64,000 nucleotides of DNA from Camelus dromedarius (taxonomy: Eukaryota): assembly GCF_036321535.1 (NCBI RefSeq), contig NC_087447.1, positions 41,232,001 to 41,296,000 of the forward strand, written 5' to 3'. Every line of letters begins with the position of its first letter. Within the stretch, counting starts at the first letter, position 1. The notes beneath the pieces are model-generated. The model searched no databases. It worked only from the letters and a program-made list of their open reading frames with translations, and had not been told where the DNA came from. Below are positions 10,898 to 25,570 of this stretch, piece by piece. The position numbers and the translations under genes are program-made.

Positions 10898-13800
10898 ATG
10901 ATTCAAGTATATACCTCTTCGATTTTAAGAAAGGTAAAGAATCAAAAATGTGAACATGTGTTACTGTTGGTGTTTCTTCATCACATTGTAATTTCAAAGG
11001 GTTCCAGGTCATGATTATGGGAAATACTGATTCACAAGATAAAGTCCCAGTTTCTTAGCATGACTATCTTTTCAGGATCTCATCACTGCCAATCTTTCTG
11101 GCCACGCCCACCCTCCAATCACAGGGAACTTCTTGCCTAAACATATCTGACTGTATCACGTTTTCAGGTCTCAAAAAATTGTTTCTTCACCTTGCTTCCT
11201 GACAAACTCCTATTTGCTTTTCAGCCCTTTTAGTTAATCTTAGATCCTGTCATTCTCCATATCTTTCTGTTTGGCCCTGTTTTTTGTGTATGTCTCAACT
11301 GTGAACTGCTTGGTGATCTCAAAATTTCCAGTGTTACTGGACTGAGCTGTTAACATGGTCTTATCCAGCTCTGTGTCTCATTTATCTGGCAGAAGATCTT
11401 AACTAAAGTAGGTGCTAAGTAAAGGAAAAAGTGTTGGTAAATGTGAACCAACAAAAAATTGGATAGGACATGTTAGCTTATATTTATATGTTCTCGTGTG
11501 TAGAATGCTACTCTTTGTGTTTGGGGCTCTGTTATTCTATTAGAATTTAATGTGGCTGTTAGGCAGAAGTCACTGAGGGATGTCAGAGATCTGATTGGAG
11601 CTGAACTACTGGAGAGAGAGTATAAAGAACATTTTCACATTCTCTTTGTTTCTCAGTTCCTATATAGATTATTGCAAATTCCGTATACTATAGTCTAATG
11701 AGGCTTTACCGTACTTGAAGATGATTAGACTTGAAACCTCTATCAGTTCATTCTTAGAATACTGCAAAAGATTTCTGACTGACTCTCCTGCCTCTGGTCT
11801 CCTCTTAGCATGTCACATCACACAACGCAGCTCACTAACAGTGTTAAGTTTTCTGTTACTCCTATAGCCAAGAGCTACTAGAGATAGCCATTATTTATTT
11901 AATCTCACTTATTCAAAACTATGCCCCGTTTTAGGGAGGAATACCTCTCCTCCCTACGGCAGAATGTGGTAGGATGACTAGGTTCCAGTACCTGCTCTAC
12001 TACTTAACTAGCTAATCAACTTTAGACAGTTCGAGCCTTCCTGAACCTCAGTTATCTCGTTTGTAAAATTGTAATTATGCTGCCTTTGAAGAGTTACTAA
12101 GATGAAATGAGTATGTATACAAAACTCCTCTAACAATGGGTGGTCAGGTGGTCAGGAATAGATTAAGTGATGTGTATTAGTTCCTTGCCATATCCAACCA
12201 TGTCCCAGTTAAACTTTACTCCACAGTCAAACTTCCAGTCTGAGTTTTTATTCTCTGTGGAAACTCAGCAGATCTCAAGGCTGTAGGACCTGACCTAATC
12301 TGAGGCTGCAAGATTAAGTATTTTTAGTCCAGGTTTTTTTCTCCTTTGTCACATTATTAAGCACCTATTTGCCAGTTACCCTACTAGATGCTTGTATGTC
12401 ATCAATAATCTTTATAACAATCATGGAATTAGGTAATTTTTGAATTTGTGCAAAGTCACACAATAAATAGCAGAACTTAGTTTAAAGTGGGTCTTTTGTG
12501 ATGGTACTTTATGCCATCTTTGCCTTTCAGATTTTTCTAAGAGTATCAGTGACTTGGGAGTATAGCTAAAACTCCCTACTAAAATGTGGACATTTCTTTG
12601 AAATCCTCTGTTTTCTTCTCTAAGTTCATCCAAAATAGCCATCTACTTCAAAGTATGACTGTTTTAATATAAAAATATGTAAAATAGGGATTAAATTGCT
12701 ACCAAGTAAAATTATTTCTCCAAAAAGATTCATCATAATTACTCATACATGCAGTACTTTTTGTCAGCTAATCCTGGAATTAAGTCTACCCAAGTTTGAG
12801 AAGTAGGTACAAAGCCTTAATGTCTACATCTGGCTCATACCTCAAGTTTGATAACCAGACTCCCTATGTGATTGCTGAAACAGAGCTTCTGCTTAGGTCA
12901 TCTGTCCAGGATATCGCCTCTTGAAATACAAGACCTCTCTTGCTTTCTAGTCCTTTACCCCTAACCACTTCCTCTGAGAATCTACTCTTCTGCATTTAAA
13001 CCCAAGTCTATTGACTGGGACCGCTAACTGCTACTAGACCTCTTTAATGGTTCTTAATGGCAACTGCATACCTGTTCTATAACCTATCAGGACTAACCTA
13101 TGGGTACCATGTATGGCTAGTGAGAATAGACTTTTAGCACCTAAAGGTGGGTCTCATACCTGCTGGATGATGGTTAAGTCTAGCTCCAGGCAGCAACTTC
13201 TGTATTACCCTAACCTACTGCGGTTACTGTGACTGAGTCCCGAGAGAAGATTCTTTTCCTTTATGTTTAAACTCTACCTATGCTTCGGAATCAGCCTTCC
13301 TTAAGTAAAACCCAAGCAAAGTAAGTCTTGAGCACTGTCAAATTCCCTTTCTTTTGTATCTCTAAAGCCCTTTGGTTAGCCTGCCATTATTCCCTAAGTC
13401 TTCAGATACTAGAGGCTCCGTCTGGAACTAGAGGGAAACCTGAAAACCCCATCGCACAAAAGAGAAAACAACTCTAAAGGAAGAAATGGGTGGCATTCTG
13501 CTTAGTGCTCGAGATATTTGGGGGCTAAACAATACAGCAACCTCAAATAACAGCTACTCTTCCTATTCCTGAAGCAATAAAGCTCCCATAACATTTCCAA
13601 TCCAAAAGGACTTTCCCACCTTTTTTTTTTTTTTGCTTTTTCTGAAATTAATTTAATTGGATTCATATTTTCCTTAAAAATATGAACCACAAATGTTTCT
13701 TGTATTAGTCAAGGTTCTCAACTGTAATTTATACGAACCCAAATCGAGCTTACTCAAGTCAGAAAGTGTACTTACTGATCAATGTTTGCAGTAGCTTCAG

Positions 13801-13935
13801 GGATGACTGGGTCTGTGTTAAGATGGTGTTATCAAGAACCTCTTTTCATCACTTTGGTATTTTTGTTTTGTTGAGGTATAGTTAATGTACAATGTCATAT
13901 GGGCTTTGTTACTTTTAATCCCTATATTTCAAGTA

Positions 13936-14131
13936 CAGTTGACCCTTGAACAACACAGGTTTGAACTGCATGGGTCCACTCGTACCCAGACTTTTTTCAA
14001 TAGTAAGTTATACCGTATTTATAGCATCTGTGGTTAGTTACGTCTGCAGAGGAGGGCTGCACTATAAGTTATCTATGAATCCTCATGAAGGATTGGTTTC
14101 CCTGACCCCCATGTTGTGCAAAGGTCAATTG
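13936..14131. mobile_element. Tigger2-like TcMar MITE
   Basis: TIR CAGTTGACCCTTGAACAACA matches the other end 17/20; flanked by TA on both sides. Confidence 0.85.
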
Positions 14132-14466
14132 TAATTGAAATTGCTTTCATTTCTTAATCAGGATTGTTTCCTGTTTCCAGTCTTGCCCTAGTACCACACG
14201 TACATAAATACACAATTGTAATCTCTTAGAGCTAAGACTTCTTTTGGATTATTCATAGAACTTAGCAAATTTCTAATCATACTAACAGTCCTCAGTGAAT
14301 TGAATCCCCTAGCTTAAAAAGTAAAGTATTAAGGTGAAATACAATTCATACTATAATGTTATAAGAATTAGCTTTAAAATCCTTGGCCTCACTTAAACAG
14401 ATAAGGCAGTAAATATTCTTTACCTTTCAGACTTCAAAAGCAGCATTTTTTTTCACTCTGTATAGT

Positions 14467-14990
14467 TTTTTTTTTTTAATTGTAGGAAGACATAACCCAA
14501 AATTTACTATTTTTACCACTTTTAAGAAGATGGTTCAGTGGCATTAAGGACATTCACAATATTGTACAATCATCACCACCATCCATCTCCAGAACTTTTT
14601 CATCTTCCCAGACTGAAACTCTGTCCCTATTAAACACTAACCCCCACTCCCTCCGTTAGTCCCTGACACTCATCATTCTTACTTTCTGTCTCTATGAATT
14701 TGGATACCCTAGGGACCTCATAGTGAAATCAGTCATACATCATTTGTCCTTTTATGTCTGGCTTATTTCACTCGGCATGTCTTCTAGGTTCATCCATGTT
14801 ATAGCATGTGTCAGAATTTCCTTTCTTTTTAAGGATGAATAATACTCCAATGTATATATATATATATGCGTGTGTATATATACACACATTTTGTTTATCC
14901 ATTCATCCATCAGTGGACATTTGGGTTATATGCATATTTTGGCTACTGTGAATAATACTGCTGTGAATATGGGAGTACAGATATCTTTTG
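14467..14990 (-). mobile_element. L1 3' end (L1MA/MB-like)
   Basis: Poly-T then ACATTCACAATATTGTACAATCATCACCACCATCCATCTCCAGAAC...GGACATTTGGGTT. Confidence 0.85.
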
Positions 14991-17900
14991 ACTCCCCAAG
15001 GCAGCATTTCTTTAATTTAAGCATTTCCTTAAAAATGCAATTTTACTCTCCAAAATATAATTCACCTACAACTCCTGAAAGAATGTATCAGCTCTATAAA
15101 TCTAAATGCCTGTGGAACTTATGCATGTTGTTTACTTTCATTTTTTAAAGTTGGTATAACTGCACTGTTAATTAGTACAATGGAAAGAATTCTAAAGCAA
15201 CTGTCGACAGACTTGTGTTCTGCAACTAATTAACTGTCTTAGATAAGTTCATCCTCCTCTCTTGACCTTAGTTTTTCAGTTATCAAATGAAAGGGGTTGA
15301 ACTAGAATGAGCTCTAATGTTCTTGTCAAATAAGATAAAAATTTTAACCTAAACATAGATTGGGTGATAAGATGTGCTCAGTTATTTGAGATATGTGAGT
15401 TTTTTTTTTCTTAGAAGCCAAGCTTTAAAATGAGTCTTTTACCATGTTTCCCAGCAACCAAATTATAAAATTTATAAATTGCCCCATCATGGATACTTAG
15501 TGGATGGAAGGAATGAAGTGCTTTTTTGGAAGGGAGATGTACTTTGAAATTAAGAAAACATTGGAAAATCTAAAATATGTTTGGTTATGGCTATACTGGA
15601 ACCTACTGTAGATTAAAGAATAACTCAAGCATCGGGCAGGTTGCAGGGGAAATTGTTGACTGATCTCAGCATCTATTTTTCTTTCCCAAACTGTACTCTG
15701 ATTTGCTTTCAGGTATCCACTTTCCCCTACATAATCCATATATTTAAATAAAAGCTGACCCCACTCTAGCTTTAGGAATAGACTTGTTTTGTCTAAGATA
15801 ATAGCTTTCAAACTTTTTTTGAGCCCAATTCACAATAGGAAACAAATTTTACATTATGATCCAGGTGTGTGTATGTGTGAGCACCAAAGTTTCATGAAAC
15901 AGCACTAATCTCTCATATGTGTAGTATAATTCCAAATATGTTTAATTTTTTAAATGATGAGGACTCAAAGATTATTTCATGATCTGTTCTTAGGTAACAG
16001 TACTCCGTCTGAAAGACGCTGGTGAGTATAATGCCATTGCCCTTACAAAAACTGTTCAAGGAACCATAGTATTCCTCTGGCCACAGGAATTGGCCCAGAA
16101 GTAGCATGTGACCCAATACAGGCAAGTGAAAAGCAAAGGCAGTATTAATATGGGCTTTGACAAAAGATGTTTCCTCACTCTTAAGAAAGAGATAAATGTC
16201 CTGTGTCCTTGGCAGGCCTGGAATCGCTGCAGCTCTCTAGCTACCAGCATGGGGACAAAACCAATGCAGAGAGGAGGGCACAGCCAAAATACCAGAATTA
16301 AACCAGAGCCATGCCTGAACCACACTTGATCACTGACTTTACTGACTTTAATTTTTTTGTTACCTAGGCCAATAAAACCCTTATTGTCCAAGACCATTTA
16401 CATTGGGTTTTCTATTACCATAGGCAAAATCATCTTAACTAATACAGTGGCCTAAAAGGAAAGCAATATAAAACTAGGATGTATTGGTAAATTTAGCTGC
16501 AATGATGAGGGCCTTCTCAAAAAAACTAAGCCTGATCTCGTTATTCCGCCATCTACCGTAGTGTTATCCTTCAAAAGTCTGCTGCTGGTAATATTTTATA
16601 GACCAGAAACTAAATCAGTACATATATGACATCATTAGATATTATCAAATGCCATTTCTCTTAGTGGGACAACTTGATAATAAGTGAATTTTACTTAGTA
16701 GCTTAGGCAGGGCTAGTTAAGAATCAACTATATAATTCAAATTAGAAATTAACCTTGAAAACAAATCTGTTCATTTTTTCTTTAATTTTTTTGAAGACTC
16801 TGATAAATATGGTGGGATAAAAAAATTATACTTTTACGTTTAATAAGTCATATGCTTTGTAGGGGGAATAATCAGCTAGAAATAATTCGAGTAGTCCTCT
16901 GTCTTAAACATTGCTTTCTGTCAAAGCATGTTCCCTACAGAATTGTGTTAACTTCTCAGAAGAGTTATGTGTTGACAAGGTGCAGTCTGTTACATCACAG
17001 TTAGCAGGGCATTCTTGACAAATACTTTTGAACAAAATAAACCTTTCCCCAAACAAGCTAGGACTTCAGGTTTAAGATGGTGATCTAAATGCCTACATTT
17101 GACTCTTACCTTTCTGAAAGTCAATAAACATGCTGGAAGAAATAGCAAATTTAGGCTAAATCCACAGCAACACTAAGAAACAAAGGGGAGTAAAGGGGTC
17201 ATTACCCTCAAAGAATTTACATTCTAGTGGGAAAGACAACCTATTAAGTAAATAAAAGATGTTAATGAAGGAGAATGTTAACTGAGTTAGTAAGAGAACA
17301 TCTCTTTGAGAAAGTGACGTTTGAGCCAAAGCTTGAGTGATAAGAGGGAGCCAGGCAGATGAAGGAAGGAAAAATAATCCAGATGGAGAGAAGACAAGTG
17401 CAAACACCCTGACACAGAAAGAGCTTGGTGTGTTTGAGGAGTAGAAAGATGAAGCCTCTGGAATAAAGAACACCATGACGTGGTAAAAAATTGTCAAGGA
17501 GGTAGGAAGAAACCAAATTATTTAGGGTATTAGAAGCCAATATAGAGTTTGGGTTTTATTTCAAATACAATGGGAAGGCATTGTGGTTTTCAAAGGGAAG
17601 ACTGGGATGAGGGTTAGGTTATCACCTCCAGGGGCTATCTGTAAATGTGTGAGGGCATTGAGGGAAGAGCTGATATAACTAGGGTATTTAAAACTCACTG
17701 GTACAGACATAATACCCATCCACATAGGGCCCTTTTGAAGATCTCAAAGTTTGGATGATCCTGGGACCTTCATATACTTCTGAGGAGACCCAGAATCTTA
17801 GAGATCCTGCTTTGGAAAATGTACATATTAACTGAAAGTTTCTCCATCTTCACTCTTAAAAGCAAGGAAGATATATTAGACTGCTTTTCATCTCATATAG

Positions 17901-19809
17901 CACCACACTAAACTGATTTGTGGCATAAACTTGTTAGTTACCTAAATTTGGGAGCATGCGAAATTGAATTTTGATTATTTTTTGCCATAAGGAAATAACA
18001 GTGCATTAATCAAAGGCTTATGATGAATAAAAATCTCCAAATTTGGCTTTCATTATGTTTTCATTGAGTGACAGGATAAATGTTGAGTCTCAGAGCTTTA
18101 TCTAGTAACTGTTCATGATGGTTGCTACTACCATCATGTCCTTGTTGGTGCCATAACTATTTCCCACCCTTACCCTGTCCCTCAAGGAAGAGGATCCCAG
18201 AATTCTTAGAGGGTAGTGAGGCAAAAGGGACTCACCCTTAGGAATTTCACTGTTGGCACTATTTTTTAACTTAATTTTTAATAATGCTATGACTTCATAT
18301 ACAAAAGTAGCCCCTACCTCTCTGCCCACAAATATGTAAGGGCAGAATGATACAGCACTGGGGGTTGGCTTGGGATGACAGAATAAGATTTTAGTCCAAG
18401 GCTTTTCTCCATGCTCCTAACTATTTTTAAAAAAATCACTCTGATGTCCATTTCCAGAGCATTTCATAGATCTTAGGCAATTAATTCTATAGCAGGTTAT
18501 ATAACCATGTTACAGCTATGGAAGAATTAAATGCCCAACACTTATGAAATCCTTGGGGTTTAGAGAGGGCCTTTAAAATGCAAAATGTTACTTTTACTAT
18601 TCCACATGTATAAATGAAAAGGTTAAACATCATCTCTCATTACTTCTTACAAGTTAAAAGTCATGGTATATTGTCAAAGCCTCAAATGCTTCTGGAGTCC
18701 TTAGAAGGCTCCCAGATTCACTCAGCAACATTCATACACCATTCTTTTTTTCTCAACCAAGCACCTATTTCAACAGGCAGCAGTGAGAGTCACTCTAGAA
18801 CACACCTACCTTAACAGCAATTTACTTTTCTCATACCTGTCCCAGCTTTTAAACATATATATGGTCTATCAAAGCACTATAAATCAACCAGACAGCTGTC
18901 ATCAGAAACTAAGCCAACATCACTTTTCAGGAAGGCTTAGGAAACAATTTTCTTTCTGACAGTCAAACTGTGTACCTCTTGTAGAAAACAAGCTACTCTC
19001 AAGGGTTCAGTGTCCAGACCAATACAGTACAGAGCTCTAGTCTGTTATGAGCTTGAAGTTCTGAGTCTTACTAATTTCATAATATATTGACTACCAGTTG
19101 GGATAGTCTTTCCCAAAAAGGATCAGATAAGTCCAACACTTCTTAAATTGTGCAACACCAATATACTGTATGTATTCTATTTTTGCTTAATTTTGTATTC
19201 AAGGAAAAAAGCATTTTCATCAACTAAACTTTATGCAAAAACACGAGAAATGAATAGAGCTTATAAAACAAAGCCCTAAAGTTCAAGACACAAACTCTGT
19301 TATGAAAATCAATGAATTGTTTAGTGTATGTATGGAGTATTTATCTAGTATTTTGCCAGTCAAATACTGAAATGACCATGCCTCTGCTTTGTATTACATC
19401 ACTGCTAGTAAAATTTACTCAAATCAGGACAAAGTTGATGATAAAGTGAACGTTGTACTTCCAAGTCATAAAGCATTAAAAATACACTAATCCAAAATAA
19501 GCATAGGAAAGATTTAAATAATGAAACATTTAAATTCTCGTTTCCAATTTTATTGTATAAAAGGGAATGTAAGCTCTATGCGGGCAGAGACGTTGACTTT
19601 CTTATCTACTTCTGTATTCTCAGAGCCCGAATAATGCCTGACACCTAACAGTTGTTAAGTAAGGGTTGAATGTCAACATGGTAATGATGGGGAGAAACTG
19701 GGTTTGAATCTGAGTTCTGATACCTTCTAGTTGTAGAACCTTGGACAAGTCACTTAAATTCTCTTGACCCTCAGTTTCTTCCTCTGTAAAAGAGGAACAA
19801 TATTTTAGT

Positions 19810-20565
19810 CTGTTTTTCCAATACATGTTTTTTTCAACACCACCAAGCATTTTTCCAATTCTCAGCAGACACTGACTGAGGTGTCCTACAGTTTAATTCA
19901 ATTCTGACACGATTGACCTGGAGATAGTGTCAGATCCCACTGGTTAAGAGCTCAGTCCAACAAGACTTACCACCCCTCCTTCAGACACCAATAGCAAGTA
20001 CAGGTTAAATCGGAGGTTCCCACAACCCCCTCTTCATGTTCGACTAATTTGCTAGAGTGGCTGACAGGACTAAAAGAAACATTTACTTACATTTAACAGT
20101 TTGTTATAAAGAGCTATAACTCAGGAATAGTCAAATGGAAGACATGCATAGGGCAAGGTACGTAGGAGGGAGTGCAGCTTCCATGATCTCTAGGGCAGCC
20201 GTTCTCCCCACATATCCACGTGCTTACCAATCCAGCAGCTCATCAGTGTGGTTCAAAGTTTCTATAGGGCTTAATATGTAGCCCTCCCCGACTCTCCCCT
20301 TCCCGGAGGTCAGTGGGTGAGTCTGAATCCAGCCCTCCAATCACTTAGTCTTTCTGGTGACCAGTCCCAACCTGAGGTCATTTAGGGGCCCCACCCTAAG
20401 GCACCTCATTAGCATAAACTCCAGCATTAGCATGAGCTTTTGTGCTCAACAGGGACCCCTAATGAAAGACAAAAGACACTCCTGTCACTCAGGAAATTGT
20501 TTTCCTTAGGTGGCTCTGTGCGGGAAGCCCAGCACTAAGACCACATATGTTTTGTATTATATCAC
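19810..20565. mobile_element. MER21-like ERVL LTR
   Basis: CAATTCTGACAC...CCTGGAGATAGTGTCAGATCCCAC...GCTCAGTCC; boundaries approximate. Confidence 0.65.
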
Positions 20566-20804
20566 AGTCTTACTCCCAGCCTAGCTCTGAAGGTCAAATA
20601 AGATATGTAAAATCACTGTAAAATTCTATAGATCATTAAAACCATTATTTTAATACTAACAATGCTATAACAAAACATTGCCTGGTAGAGATCCTTAGTG
20701 AACTGGAGTTAATAATACTTATATACATACATATAGTCATATATTGGATGCCAGATGCCTCCTTTTTTAATTTAATTATGATAACTCTGTGAGGTACACC
20801 ATCA

Positions 20805-21398
20805 GTATTGTCTGTTGAATAACAATTTAGTAGCTTAAAAAACACTTTCTCACAGTTTCTGTAGGTCAGGAATCCAGGTACGGTTTAGCTTCAGACTCTG
20901 CTTCAGGGTCTACTATGGCTGCAGTGTAGGTATTGGCCAGGGCTACAGTCCTGTTGGCAGGATTATTTTTTCACAGACTGCTGGACTGAGTGGAAGGCTG
21001 CCCTCAGCTCTTGACGCATGGACCTCTCTATAGGGCTGTTTACAACATACCATCTGGCATCAGCGAAGTGAACAAATGAGAGTTCCAGTAACACAGTAGT
21101 CACAAACTTACAACCTAATGTTGGAAGTGTTACTCTATCACTTTTCTTGTATTCTGTTCGTTAAAAGCAAGTCACAAATGAACCAGGATGCAGGCTTTCA
21201 CCAGCCTCCAAATCTGCTGGCACTTTGACTTCCCAGCCTCCAGAAGAAATGTGAGAAATAAGTTTCTGTTGATTATTAAAAAAAAAAGAATCAAGTTACT
21301 AGATCCAGCCCACATTCAGGAGGAGAGAGTATTACACAAAGGCATGACTACCAGGAGGCAGAGATCACCTAGAGCCATTTTAGAAGGCTGCACCCTGT
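20805..21398. mobile_element. MLT1 (MaLR) LTR with nested MLT fragment
   Basis: CTCACAGTTTCTGTAGGTCAGGAATCCAGG...; CAGCCTCCAGAA...GTGAGAAATAAGTTTCTGTTG. Confidence 0.65.
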
Positions 21399-24128
21399 AG
21401 ACTCAGAGTGTTCAAGATGCTTATCTAGTTTCACAAAGCTATTAAATAGCAAACCTGAGATTCCAAATCACATCTGCCTGACTAGAAAGCCCACAGTGCT
21501 TCCATGTATTACCCCTCCCAGTGAATACATAGGAATAATGTAGGTTTAGCAGAAACTTGTCTCGAAATGAATCTTTCTAAAGTGTTAAAAAACTGTGTAT
21601 TTTCTAGGATAGAAAAAGTCATCTCCATCCTAACTTCTTCCTAGGGATTGTTCATCCTAATCATTCTTGTCATAGATAGGACAAATCAAACCTTTTTTCA
21701 GTCTTGGTCCATGGTACCATAAACTCTAAATTTTAATGGTATCAGAATTTTCATTATTTAAAAAACTACAAAGTGTAAGTCTCAGCAAGACCACCTAAGG
21801 AAAATAATCTAGTGGACATGCTAGGGTTACTAACAGACCTTTGGAGAGCGTATCTTTCAGTTGTTAATTTATTCAGAGAGTCGTGGAAGAGGACAGAGAC
21901 ATTTGTAAATAATGATAAAGGTGTATACAGGGAGCTATGTTAGTTCAAAGAAGAAATATAATCAAAGAAGTATGAATCAAAGAAGAGGAAAAAGTGCTTT
22001 GAGTCTTGAAGCATGAAAAGCATGGATCTGAGTTTGCCAAGTGATCGAGGCACAGAATTGTTTAAAAAAAAAAAAAAAGCACGGTGCAAGATTATAAACA
22101 GATTTGGAATTTTCGTGATTCCCTAAAGTCAGAGGGTAGATGCGATCAGATTGGCAGAGCAAGAGTCAGACCTCAATCTCAGAGGCAAAGGGTAGAAGGA
22201 GCTGGCAGGTGGGAGTGGAGGAAGAGCACAGTGTCCTAGAGGAACCATAAAGGGAACTGGGGAATGGAATTTGAAACCTCTTGTTGGGCTGGCATCTCAC
22301 TCCATTCACTCTTCAAAGCTAAGAAGTTATCCTGAAATTATATCTTTCCCTAAACTATCACAGTGACTCTGGAAACAGGGCAGATAAGTCAGGCAGTACC
22401 TCAGGTGGCTACATCCAGGGAAGGAAACCTCATTTCCCCAGAATATTAGCCACTGGCATGCCCTGTCCAAGATTACATTTTATCCCCATTACATTTATCC
22501 TCACAATCATCAAAGCAAACTGTGATAAATAGAAACAGGCCTCATGCACAGAGAACAAGGAATACCAAGATGAGAGAAAAATCAAGAACCACCAAATACC
22601 CAAGGAAGACCAAACCATGAGTGGGTGAGACCAAGCAACAAACAAAACAACTAACACCCAAGCAAATAGTTCTTAGAGTAAAGAGAGGAGGATCTTGGAA
22701 ACAATAATGATTAATATTTAGGACATAATGGGTGTGGTATCAGGCATTGTTCTCATGTATTTTTTTAAATTTAATACTTACACAGACTATCCCCAGAGGA
22801 ATATGAGAAACTATTACAACTAATTTTTAAGAAAAATAACTAAAGATTGTTAAAAAATTGAAAGATGGTCTAACCAGTAAACGGACAAAGAGCAAAACTG
22901 AAAGAATAAGCTGAAGAATTCTTCCGAAAGAACAAAGATACGGGGGAGAGTTGATTTAAGATTTAAGAAACATGTAAGATATATACAGAGATTTCAGTTT
23001 CTCTCTCCTAGTTCCAAAGAAAAGTTAACAGAATTGTAGGGCAGCAATAATTGAAAAAAATAATAGAGAAAAATTCCTGGTATGACTAGTTTAGAAGAAG
23101 TGTTTAATATCATTTGTATTTTTTTAATCAAACATTATGTAAGTGTATCTTATTTTTTATTGCCAGGTTGCATCTGAAATTTCATCACTTTATATTATAT
23201 ATATTTCTAAATTATATATTCTGTATGTTTTCATGACAATTGTGCTTTATTTAGCTTTTTATTTTGAAATAAATTTAGGCTTACAGAAAAGTTGTAAAAA
23301 TGGTACAAATGCCCTTCACCTAGCTTCCTAGAATGTTAACATCTTGCATAACAATTGTATAATTATAAAAATTAATGAATTAACATTAGTACAATACCAT
23401 TAAACTACTACACCTTAAATAAACTAGGAGAGAAAATAAGTCAATGGGAAGGATTAAATATATAGACATATACAAAACAGAGCAAAGGAGATGGGTCACT
23501 ACTACATTCTCATTTCTACAACTTGTCTTGAAGTTCTGTTTACAACATCCTTCCATCATCATGTTCATTTTGCCAGCATCCATAGCTGGTTGAAATTTTC
23601 ATATGATGTGATCATCTTCATTCTTGAGAAATGACTCCTTGGTGATTCTGTTTGAATTGGATTGCTATAGTCTCCTATTGACTTTTATCACTCTTTATGG
23701 CAATACTAGGAAGTGACCTAAAGCATCCCCTGGGTTCATGACATTCTCATCCTTACTCCCATTATGTTGCAGTAATCAGATTTCCCCTTGATAATAAGGA
23801 TAAATCATCCCTGCCAAATTTGTAAATTTTTCCCCCTATTATTCCAATGTCAAGAAGAGCCCAAGATAATTAACTAGTAGTATGAACTCCCAGTTAAGTG
23901 GAACCATTATAGGGTTTTCTGGGAAAAACATTCCTCCCTTGGACCTTTAAATGGGCAAAGCTCAAAGTCATGGGAAAGAAAGCAAGACATTTTATGAGCA
24001 GATCAGTAGGTATTAATAGTGTGAGTTCTGTATCTCACTTCTGGCTCCCCATCTCATCTGTCGGTAGACGAGGGAGAAGCAGCACTCTGTGCTGGTTGCT
24101 AGTTCACAACACATAATGCTGTAGGACA

Positions 24129-24326
24129 AGAGCTGGCAAACTATTTCTTGTAAAGGGCCAGATGGTAAATGTTCCATGCTTTTGCTTTAAGTGCCCCATA
24201 TGGGATCTGTCACTTCTTTGATTTTGTTTACTAACCCTAAAAAAGTGTAAAAGCCATTCTTAAAAGCTGTACAAAAACAGGATGTGGGCCAGGTTTGGCC
24301 CTCAGACTGTAATTTGCCAATCCCTG
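24129..24326. mobile_element. MER58-like hAT-Charlie MITE
   Basis: GGCAAACTATTTCTTGTAAAGGGCCAGATGGTAAAT...TTTGCCAATCCCTG. Confidence 0.75.
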
Positions 24327-25114
24327 CTACAGGACAACAACCTAACTTTGCAAAGTGTTCCCCTCCCTCCTGGAACTGAGTCTTCAAAAGACCAATGAAG
24401 AGTTCTAAAGAACAGTTGCTACTGGATGATGGGGAGGTACAGTAAAACCAGCGAGTCCTGTGTGCATAGTATTCTGGGTCACCAGGGATTAACACCACTG
24501 TTCGATAATCCCTTCAAGGTCAAGATGGTTCTCTCCTCCCCACCCCAACCCTTGTGCACAATTTTACCCCAGCAAATAGCTGTATGTCCCCTTAAGGAAA
24601 GACTGAGAGAAAGATTTACACAGCATACTTTTGATGTTATAACAAAGACCTTTCTCAGAGGTACTTGGCATACTCTGTATTTAAGGGCCTCTGGAGCTTC
24701 TCTTCAACATTATACCAAGAAATTTATGGCAAGCCAATTTTATTTAGTTTCAGTCACCAGTAGAGTCTAGTTTTTAATTAACCAACAAGCATAACTAGAA
24801 CCACTCCTAGGTACCCAAACTAGTACTTTGACTCCAAAATCTCTGGTAAGTGTTCTCATATCAATAAATAAATACTTCTTTCCTTGGTCTTGAATCCTCA
24901 AAATCTACTCCTACACATATTCCCCAGCTTTTTGCTAATGCAGTTTAGCAAAATCTTGTCATTCTTCTTACATGTTTTCCTTCTCTTCCTAGATTTACTT
25001 TGTAATTGGTTCCCTTGAGCACGCTAGGGTCTGACTCAATTTATAGATTTGGATTTAGTGAGAGGATACAGAGTAGAAAGGGAGGAAAACTGATATTCCT
25101 GTGCAAGATGAGGT

Positions 25115-25570
25115 CACATTATCTATTACTGTATAACAAATTTCCTAAAATTTAGCAATTGAAAATTACAAGCATTTCACAGCTTCTATAGGTCAGGAAT
25201 CTGGAAATGGCATAGCTGGGTGGTTCTGTCTCAAGGTCTCTCATGAGGTTGGTGTCTAGATGTCAGATGAGGCCCCGGTTATCTGAAGGATTGATGGAGG
25301 CTGGATGATCTGCTTCCAAGGTGACTCACCCACATACCTGGCAAGTTAGTGCTGGTTGTTGGCAGGAGACCTGAGTTCCTCACCACATGGACTTCTCAAA
25401 AGTGCTGCTTGAGTGTCCTCACAACATGGCATCTGGCTTTCCCCAGAACTAGGAGAGAACAAAGTGGAAAATGCAGCATCTTTCATGACCTAGCCTCAGA
25501 AGTCACACACCATCATTTCTGCAATATCCTATAGGTTACAAGGTCAGCCTGTTCATTGTAGGAGGAGATT
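25115..25570 (-). mobile_element. MLT1 (MaLR) LTR
   Basis: GGTCAGGAATCTGG...CTTCCAAGGTGACTCAC...GACCTAGCCTCAGAAGTCACACACCATCA. Confidence 0.75.
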